From a virus: 64,000 nt of DNA. Below the pieces are notes generated by a model, which saw nothing but the letters and a program-made list of their open reading frames with translations, was not told the origin of the DNA and did not search any database. Positions 59,001 through 64,000 of the stretch are shown here, one piece after another. The stretch is taken from positions 120,825 to 184,824 of the IMG/VR virus record IMGVR_UViG_3300008259_004660; one strand, 5' to 3'. Every line of letters begins with the position of its first letter. Position 1 is the first letter of the stretch. Position numbers and translations under genes: made by a program.

Positions 59001-62000
59001 GTAATAACACATTACTTGGTAACACATCACTTAGTGGTAGTTTAACAATTTCTGGTGCATTTGCCACAGCAACACCAAGTGTAAATATTTTCGGAGATAT
59101 TTCACAGACTGGATATCTCAGATTTAACCCAGTTAATACAAATATAAATCAAAGCATTTCCGCTTCATACATTTATGTCTCTGGTAGTACAAATGATTTA
59201 TATTTTGCTCAGAATGGAAGTGGATACAGTAACAATACTCGTCTTCGTTGGTTGGAAGGAGTATTATATACTGGATTGCTAAATGGTGGATTGGTATCAA
59301 GCACAGTTGGTTCTACTACTTTCAATATATCTTCTGGTAGTGGTATAATTGTAAGTTTAAATGCTAGTTTAAGCACAGATCCATTTCCAACTGTAAAATA
59401 TGTAAATTGGGGAAATTACAATAATCAACCAATAACATACTCTGGCTCCGCCAAGTTGACATATGTTGGTATTGATTCGAATGGGGCAGTTGTTCAACAA
59501 GTTGAGCCTTGGGGTTCAACAAACATAGATCAATTTGACAGCCAAATATTACTTGGTATTGTGTTGCATTTGAGTGGAAGTATTTCATCGGGAGTATTTA
59601 ATTCACCACAAACAGCATATGGTAATTCTCAAAAATCAGACGACTTTTTCAGATCGTTTGGTCCATTAAAAGTAAGTGGGCATACATTGCAAACCAGTGG
59701 GTCTTCGCTTGGCCTTACAAAGGCTGGTGGTACAGCATACAGAGATGGTGCAAATTATGTTACCAACCCAAATCACCCATCAACGGTCGTTGAAAATTCT
59801 ATAACAACAAGTAAAATTTACAGATATTATGTGTCTGGATCAACGCCTATAATTGATACTGGTGTTGGTGCATCAGGTTATACCGCAATAGATCCAAATA
59901 ATTACAACAATAATGGAGTACTTACTTCTGTTCCTTCAAACAATTATACTATTCAGAGAGTATTTTGGACTCCAAATTCTCCAACTAATGCATTTGTAGT
60001 TTATTATGGAACTGCAACATATTCCAATTTGTTGACCGCAGTCAATGCCAAGGATAGTGAACCATTTTCAGAAGCTCCAGATACAGCCACCGATGCAATC
60101 TTCTTAGGTCATATTGTTGTAAAAGAAGGAACTACAAACCTAACTGTTGCAAATGATTGCACGATAATTCAAGGCGGACTATTTAGAAATATTGCAGGTG
60201 TTGGATCAAGTGGAACTGCTGCTCCTGTTGTAAATCTTTCTGGTTTGGGTGACGTTTTAATATCCGTACCAACAGACGGTCAACCTCTTGTATATGATTC
60301 AACAGCATTGAAGTGGAGAAACTTGTCTGCCATAACCGCTTCGTTGTATGGTAATGCATCAACGGCAACAAGTGCTTCGTATGCTACCACAGCAAGCTAT
60401 GCTTTCAGTTATAGCGGAACGTCTGGTAGCAGCGGCACAAGCGGAACTTCTGGTACAGCAGGATCTGCTGGAACTTCTGGTACAAGCGGAAGTAGTGGCA
60501 CAAGTGGAACAAATGGATCTTCTGGTACAAGTGGAACTAGTGGATCAAGCGGAACAAGCGCATCCGCTGGAAGTAGTGGTTCAAGTGGAAGCGCAGGAAC
60601 TGCTGGATCTAGTGGTAGTGCTGGAACAAGTGGCAGCAGCGGAACGTCTGGTACTGGCGGTAGCAGTGGAACATCTGGTAGTAGTGGATCTGGCGGTAGC
60701 AGTGGTTCAGCTGGATCGTCTGGATCAAGTGGCAGTGCTGGAACAAGTGGAAGTGCAGGAACATCTGGGTCAACAGGTTCGAGTGGAAGCAGTGGAAGTG
60801 CAGGTAGTGCGGGAACATCTGGATCAAGTGGTAGTGCTGGAACTGCTGGTAGTGCTGGTTCGGCTGGTACAAGTGGAACGAGTGGATCTTCTGGAAGCAG
60901 TGGAAGTTCTGGATCAAGTGGTACAAGTGGAACTTCTGGATCAAGTGGAACTTCTGGATCAAGTGGTAGTAGTGGAACAAGTGCTTCATCTGGAAGCAGT
61001 GGCACAAGCGGAGCAACGGGTGCATCTGGGTCAAGTGGTACAAGTGGAACTTCTGGCTCCGCAGGTTCTGCTGGATCAAGTGGTAGTAGTGGAAGCAGCG
61101 GTGCTGGAACAATATCAGGCGGTACAGCAAATTATGTAACAAAGTTTAGCAATGCGACTACATTGACCACGAGTTCAATATTTGATGGTGGTTCTGGTGT
61201 TGGCGTAAACAAATCATATGCTAATTCGACGCTCGATGTAAATGGAAACACAATCATCACAGGTTCGTTGAATGTTACTCAAAATGTGACTGCGTCAAAT
61301 ATTTTGGTGACAAATCTTTATGTCCAAAATATTACCGCTTCAACTGAAATTGTAACGGGTAGCACGCAGTTTGGTTCATTGCTTACCAACAAACATATGT
61401 TTACAGGCAGCGTTGAAATAACAAATTCATTGAGTGTATCTGGTCAGATATATGGAACATCTTCATATGCATTGACTGCATCATACGCGATGAATGCAGC
61501 GGGTTCAAATAATTCTGTACTAACTGCTTCAGCAATACTCTTTACAGGTAGTACAACAAATGTTTCACTTTATGTTTCTGCCTCCGGCGATGTTGTATTC
61601 ACGGGAACAAACAATGGAGATATATTTGTAATATCCGACTCATCAACCGCTGGTGATCCATTGTTCAGAGTTGATGATGGTGGAGTGACATTGTTTCAAG
61701 TTTATCAAGGTGGCAATGCATATTTGAGTGGAAGTTTAACCGCATCACTTAATGGAACTGCAAGTTATGCTGTTACTGCAAGCTATGCGTTGAGTTATAG
61801 TGGAACAAGCGGTAGTAGTGGTACAAGCGGAACAGGTGGCAGCGCAGGATCAAGCGGCTCTTCTGGATCAAGTGGCAGTAGTGGAACTACTGGTACAAGT
61901 GGCAGCAGTGGTACAAGCGGAGCTACAGGTGCATCTGGATCAAGTGGAACAAGTGGTACGAGTGGAAGTAGTGGTACTTCTGGTACAGGTGGTAGTAGTG

Positions 62001-63241
62001 GAAGTTCTGGAAGCAGTGGCAGTAGTGGAAGTTCTGGTACAAGTGGAAGTGCAGGTACAAGCGGAAGTGCAGGAACAGGAGGATCGTCGGGTAGTAGTGG
62101 TAGTAGTGGATCTTCTGGAAGCGCGGGAACAAGCGGTAGTAGCGGTAGTGCTGGAACAAGCGGAACCAGTGGTAGTGCTGGCACAGGTGGTACAAGTGGT
62201 TCGTCTGGTAGCAGCGGTAGCAGTGGCAGTAGCGGTAGTGCTGGAACAAGCGGAACCAGTGGCAGTTCTGGAACAACAGGATCAAGCGGATCATCTGGCA
62301 CAAGTGGTACAAGTGGCTCGTCTGGTACAAGTGGAAGCTCTGGTACAAGTGGCAGCAGTGGTACAAGCGGCGCAACTGGTGCGTCGGGTTCAAGTGGCAC
62401 AAGTGGTACGGGTGGAAGCAGTGGAACCAGTGGTGCAACTGGAGCATCAGGTTCTAGTGGAACAAGTGGTACCAGTGGATCATCTGGAACGTCTGGTTCG
62501 GCTGGATCAAGCGGCAGTAGTGGAAGCAGCGGTGCTGGAACAATTTCTGGCGGTACAACGAGTTATGTTGCCAAGTATCTAAATTCAACAACGCTGACAA
62601 CTGGTTCATTATTTGATGATGGTACAAATGTAAGTGTTGGCAAAACAACATCCGCGTCCGCCAAACTTGATGTAAATGGAAATGTACTTATCACAGGTTC
62701 ACTTAATGTTACTCAGAATGTAACTGCATCAAACATTGTTGTCACAAATCTTTATGTTCAGACGATTACTGGTTCTGTTGAATTTATAACTGGTAGTACA
62801 CAATTTGGATCATTACTAACCAACAAACATCAATTTACTGGTAGTGTTGAAATGACTGGATCTGGTTTGGATGTTATGGGCAGTGTTGGTATAGGAACAT
62901 ACACTCCAAATGAAAAACTTGAAGTTGTTGGAAATATCAGACTTACTGCCGGTGCATACATTGACTATATATCAGAATTAAGATATGTTGGCTCGGCATG
63001 GTTAACATACAATACTAGTACTGGTAAGATAACGATAAAGAATGCATCGGGAAATGGTGTGGCAATAGATGGTGGAAATGTTACCGTCGGAAAACAATCG
63101 GCAGCAAATGCTTTATTTGATATAGCCGGCAATACTATTATATCAGGTTCACTCAATATAACCTCTGGTGTAACAGGATCATTGCTTGGAACATCAAGTT
63201 ATACACTTACGGCGAGCTATATAGATGGAGGAACGTTCTAA
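53018..63241 (+). CDS. Giant tail fibre/appendage protein, 3407 aa, with five Ser/Thr-rich Gly-X-Y segments and repeated beta-rich modules
   Basis: Single open frame; (G-S/T-S)n tracts; TASYA motifs; ends IDGGTF. Confidence 0.8.
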   Translation: MSNELIVRNGLIVSGTSSFSGSVFINGNTVVTGSIISNQVAYLTASQALTASHVLGLPDTSSWALNAVSAAFSEYAVSASYVIGAPDTASWALNAVSSSYALSSSYAVSSSYSLSGSYVDTASYSNYAVSASYVIGAPDTASWALNAVTASYVEYTNVDKITSTSQFAGTASYAQRANSIKSGIDIDVTSITASAIRVDNLHVVTITSSVNFVSGSTDFGTSITDTHVFTGSLFVQGNINVEDGYGIQGTSSYAVTASYAFNTSTSGTSGTSGSSGSSGSSGTSGSSGSAGTSGSSGTSGTDGSSGSSGTGGSSGSSGTSGSSGSSGSSGSSGSSGTSGSSGTSGSSGTTGTSGSSGSGGTSGTSGSSGTSGTSGSSGTSGTDGSSGSSGSSGSSGTSGSSGTSGTGGSSGSSGSSGSSGTSGSSGTSGSSGTSGSSGSSGSSGSSGTSGSSGTSGSSGSSGTSGSSGTTGTSGSSGSSGTTGTSGSSGSAGTSGSSGTSGTDGSSGSSGSAGTSGSSGSSGTSGSSGSSGTSATSGSSGTSGSSGSSGSSGTSGSGGTSGSSGSSGTTGTSGSSGTSGTDGSSGSSGSAGTSGSSGSSGSSGTSGSSGSSGTSGSSGSSGTSATSGSSGTSGSSGSSGSSGTSGSSGSAGTSGSSGSAGTSGSSGTSGTDGSSGSSGSSGSSGSSGTSGSSGTSGSSGTSGSSGTSGSSGTSGSSGSSGSSGTSGSSGSSGSSGSSGSSGTAGSSGSSGSSGYTPENMVTSSFQLSNDGGLAFSSANNVTFGQITASIITVSTLYVQNITSSTELVTGSFVVSGSFDAIGGVTGSLLGTASYALQALTASYALNAEGSNKTQLTASTILFTGSATNLSLNVSSSGDVAITGINNGDIVVISDSTSSTPLFGIESVNNPLFSVYNSGNAYLSGSLSASLYGTASWAVTASYALSYSGTSGSSGTSGTSGSSGSAGTSGSSGTSGTDGSSGSSGTGGSSGSSGSSGTSATSGTGGSSGSSGTSGSSGTGGSSGSSGTSGSSGSGGSSGSSGTSGSSGTSGSSGTSGTDGSSGSAGTSGSAGTSGTDGSSGTSGSAGTSGSSGTSGSSGTSGTAGSSGTSGSSGSSGTTGTSGSSGTAGSSGSAGTSGSAGSSGSAGTSGSSASAGTSGTSGTDGSSGSSGSGGSSGSSGTAGSSGSSGTSGSSGSSGTSATSGSSGTSGTSGSSGTSGSSGTSGTDGSSGSSGSSGSSGSSGTGGTSGSSGTTGSSGSSGSAGSSGSSGSSGSSGTGGSSGTSGTSGSSGTGGSSGSSGTSGTDGSSGSSGSGGSSGTSGTDGTSGSSGTSGTSGSSGSAGTSGSSGSSGTTGTSGSSGTSGTDGSSGSSGTSGSTGTSGSSGSSGSSGSSGTTGTSGSSGTSGTSGSAGSAGSSGSSGSSGAGTISGGTSNYVAKFSNATTLTTSSIFDGGSGVGINKSTANSTLDVNGNTIITGSLTVTQNVTASNIVVTNLYVQNITASTEIVTGSTQFGTLLSNKHMFTGSVEITSSLKVNGDFSVNGNTGSLAFSSNADTLEITGSLLLSGSMFVTGSISVNGSITGSLFGTASYALNALTASYALSYSGTSGSSGTSGSSGTSGTNGTSGSSGTGGTSGSSGTGGSSGSSGTSGSSGSSGTSGTSGSSGTSGTDGSSGSSGSSGSSGSSGTSGSAGTSGSAGSAGSSGSSGSAGTSGTSGSSGTSGTDGSSGSSGSSGTAGTSGSAGTSGSSGSSGTSGTDGSSGSSGTSGSAGTGGSSGSSGSSGTSGEGGSAGTSGTSGSAGTSGTSGSAGTAGSSGSAGTSGSAGSAGTSGSSGSAGTSGTSGSSGTSGTSGSSGSSGSSGSSGTSGSAGTSGSSGTAGTSGSAGSSGSSGSGGSSGSAGTSGTSGSSGTSGTNGSSGTSGTSGSSGTGGTSGSSGSAGSAGSAGSSGTSPIITGTNFTLALFSGSNGLSSSVLSQYDNGLYLTGSLNVSGSTLQVGNNTLLGNTSLSGSLTISGAFATATPSVNIFGDISQTGYLRFNPVNTNINQSISASYIYVSGSTNDLYFAQNGSGYSNNTRLRWLEGVLYTGLLNGGLVSSTVGSTTFNISSGSGIIVSLNASLSTDPFPTVKYVNWGNYNNQPITYSGSAKLTYVGIDSNGAVVQQVEPWGSTNIDQFDSQILLGIVLHLSGSISSGVFNSPQTAYGNSQKSDDFFRSFGPLKVSGHTLQTSGSSLGLTKAGGTAYRDGANYVTNPNHPSTVVENSITTSKIYRYYVSGSTPIIDTGVGASGYTAIDPNNYNNNGVLTSVPSNNYTIQRVFWTPNSPTNAFVVYYGTATYSNLLTAVNAKDSEPFSEAPDTATDAIFLGHIVVKEGTTNLTVANDCTIIQGGLFRNIAGVGSSGTAAPVVNLSGLGDVLISVPTDGQPLVYDSTALKWRNLSAITASLYGNASTATSASYATTASYAFSYSGTSGSSGTSGTSGTAGSAGTSGTSGSSGTSGTNGSSGTSGTSGSSGTSASAGSSGSSGSAGTAGSSGSAGTSGSSGTSGTGGSSGTSGSSGSGGSSGSAGSSGSSGSAGTSGSAGTSGSTGSSGSSGSAGSAGTSGSSGSAGTAGSAGSAGTSGTSGSSGSSGSSGSSGTSGTSGSSGTSGSSGSSGTSASSGSSGTSGATGASGSSGTSGTSGSAGSAGSSGSSGSSGAGTISGGTANYVTKFSNATTLTTSSIFDGGSGVGVNKSYANSTLDVNGNTIITGSLNVTQNVTASNILVTNLYVQNITASTEIVTGSTQFGSLLTNKHMFTGSVEITNSLSVSGQIYGTSSYALTASYAMNAAGSNNSVLTASAILFTGSTTNVSLYVSASGDVVFTGTNNGDIFVISDSSTAGDPLFRVDDGGVTLFQVYQGGNAYLSGSLTASLNGTASYAVTASYALSYSGTSGSSGTSGTGGSAGSSGSSGSSGSSGTTGTSGSSGTSGATGASGSSGTSGTSGSSGTSGTGGSSGSSGSSGSSGSSGTSGSAGTSGSAGTGGSSGSSGSSGSSGSAGTSGSSGSAGTSGTSGSAGTGGTSGSSGSSGSSGSSGSAGTSGTSGSSGTTGSSGSSGTSGTSGSSGTSGSSGTSGSSGTSGATGASGSSGTSGTGGSSGTSGATGASGSSGTSGTSGSSGTSGSAGSSGSSGSSGAGTISGGTTSYVAKYLNSTTLTTGSLFDDGTNVSVGKTTSASAKLDVNGNVLITGSLNVTQNVTASNIVVTNLYVQTITGSVEFITGSTQFGSLLTNKHQFTGSVEMTGSGLDVMGSVGIGTYTPNEKLEVVGNIRLTAGAYIDYISELRYVGSAWLTYNTSTGKITIKNASGNGVAIDGGNVTVGKQSAANALFDIAGNTIISGSLNITSGVTGSLLGTSSYTLTASYIDGGTF
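53810..55275 (+). repeat. Gly-X-Y (9-bp period) tract 1, about 160 triplets
   Basis: SGTSGSSGS... with Gly every third residue; boundaries approximate. Confidence 0.9.
55851..57290 (+). repeat. Gly-X-Y tract 2, about 160 triplets
   Basis: Same pattern; boundaries approximate. Confidence 0.9.
57822..58860 (+). repeat. Gly-X-Y tract 3, about 115 triplets
   Basis: Same pattern; boundaries approximate. Confidence 0.9.
60411..61105 (+). repeat. Gly-X-Y tract 4, about 77 triplets
   Basis: Same pattern; boundaries approximate. Confidence 0.9.
61797..62540 (+). repeat. Gly-X-Y tract 5, about 82 triplets
   Basis: Same pattern; boundaries approximate. Confidence 0.9.
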
Positions 63242-63283
63242 TATGAAAATCAAAATCTATAAGGTTGCCTGATATATATATTT

Positions 63284-64000
63284 ATGCCAGATAGAATATT
63301 ACATAAAAGAAATACAACAATTGGAGCAGTTCCATCAACATCATCATTGATTGTTGGTGAATTGGCAATAAATGTTGCAGATGGAAAATTGTTTACTAGA
63401 AAATCTGGCAGTAGTTCCGATGTCGTTGTTTCATATCTTGGATCTGATGTATCAAATACAGGAAGTTATACCATTTCTGGTTCTCTTATAGTATCTGGTA
63501 ATTTCTTAGCAACTGGAAACACTGGTAGTATTGCATTTTCAAGTAATGCGGACACTTTGGAAATAACTGGTTCTTTACTATTAAGTGGCTCAATGGTTGC
63601 CACGGGCAGTATATCAGTAAATGGTAGTGTAACCGCATCACTTCTTGGTACAGCTTCTTATGCATTAAATTCACTAACAGCGTCTTATGCTTTCAGTTAC
63701 AGTGGAACGTCTGGAAGCAGTGGTACCGCTGGGTCAAGCGGAAGCAGTGGTAGTAGTGGAAGTGGTGGATCTTCTGGTTCAAGTGGAACGGGTGGATCAA
63801 GTGGCAGTAGTGGGACTGGTGGATCAAGTGGCAGTAGCGGTACTAGCGGTGCTGCTGGTACTTCGGGTTCAAGCGGCACGAGTGGAACTGGTGGTAGCAG
63901 CGGAACAAGTGGTGCGACAGGTGCATCTGGTTCAAGTGGAACCAGTGGAACTGGTGGTAGCAGCGGAACAAGTGGTGCAACTGGCGCGTCTGGTTCAAGT
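63284..64000 (+). CDS. Second Gly-X-Y fibre protein (3' truncated; absent from the ORF track)
   Basis: ATG 63284 opens MPDRILHKRNTTIGAVPSTSSLIVGELAINVADGKLF (typical tail-fibre N-terminus), then TASYA and an SGT tract from about 63700 to the window end with no stop. Confidence 0.85.
   Translation, partial: MPDRILHKRNTTIGAVPSTSSLIVGELAINVADGKLFTRKSGSSSDVVVSYLGSDVSNTGSYTISGSLIVSGNFLATGNTGSIAFSSNADTLEITGSLLLSGSMVATGSISVNGSVTASLLGTASYALNSLTASYAFSYSGTSGSSGTAGSSGSSGSSGSGGSSGSSGTGGSSGSSGTGGSSGSSGTSGAAGTSGSSGTSGTGGSSGTSGATGASGSSGTSGTGGSSGTSGATGASGSS

Noticed and set aside
53810-62540. Repeat tracts as a CRISPR array or non-coding satellite
   Set aside because: No constant repeat with unique spacers; variation is synonymous within one long reading frame
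53791-63879. Long alternative-frame and antisense ORFs rich in PL/VP, VV/EQ or HYY (e.g. 53791-55353 minus, 53793-55418 plus, 55849-57309 minus)
   Set aside because: They are shadows of the 9-bp Ser-Gly-Thr codon periodicity, which lacks stops in other frames; they start and stop at tract boundaries
1-64000. Stop-codon reassignment as in some large phages
   Set aside because: Conserved genes (terminase, portal, capsid, Mre11-Rad50) are full length under code 11 and coding density is high; TGA and TAA act as normal stops
1-64000. tRNA, rRNA or structured ncRNA genes
   Set aside because: Intergenic gaps are mostly under 150 bp and AT-rich; no cloverleaf or T-loop (GTTCGA-type) context found
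1-64000. Specific host assignment from scarce Shine-Dalgarno sites
   Set aside because: SD scarcity is suggestive (e.g. Bacteroidota-like) but sigma70-like promoters and a few AGGA sites are present; the window alone is not enough

Overview
This window is 64 kb of a large, AT-rich T4-related myovirus (jumbo-phage-like) genome covering most of the virion morphogenesis region. It uses the standard genetic code and nearly all genes are on the + strand. Order: baseplate module (gp6-like wedge truncated at the left edge, a large wedge protein, and an FG-GAP/dockerin-like protein); a DNA-metabolism island (RuvC-like resolvase, primase, fused Mre11-Rad50); a six-gene glycosyltransferase/methyltransferase cluster ending in a TibC/AAH-type protein O-heptosyltransferase homologue; a 1300-aa protein stringing together four nucleotidyl-transfer domains; large terminase, portal, several small proteins with a shared N-terminal motif, prohead protease, scaffold and major capsid protein; a signal-peptide nuclease and an inverted lysozyme-like gene; neck/tail-completion genes; a double-repeat adhesin; and a 3407-aa fibre with roughly 600 Gly-X-Y triplets made almost entirely of Ser/Thr, followed by a second such gene that runs off the right edge and is missing from the ORF track. 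The strongest candidates for undescribed biology are (1) a phage protein O-glycosylation system acting on Ser/Thr Gly-X-Y fibres and (2) a head-packaged, protease-processed nucleotidyltransferase polyprotein plus other cargo marked by an L-K-x-L/I-I-x-E motif. A strand-oriented ATATTTAT(A) element precedes most late genes. All family calls come from motif recognition by eye; no searches were run. No tRNA, rRNA, CRISPR array, intron or IS element was recognised.
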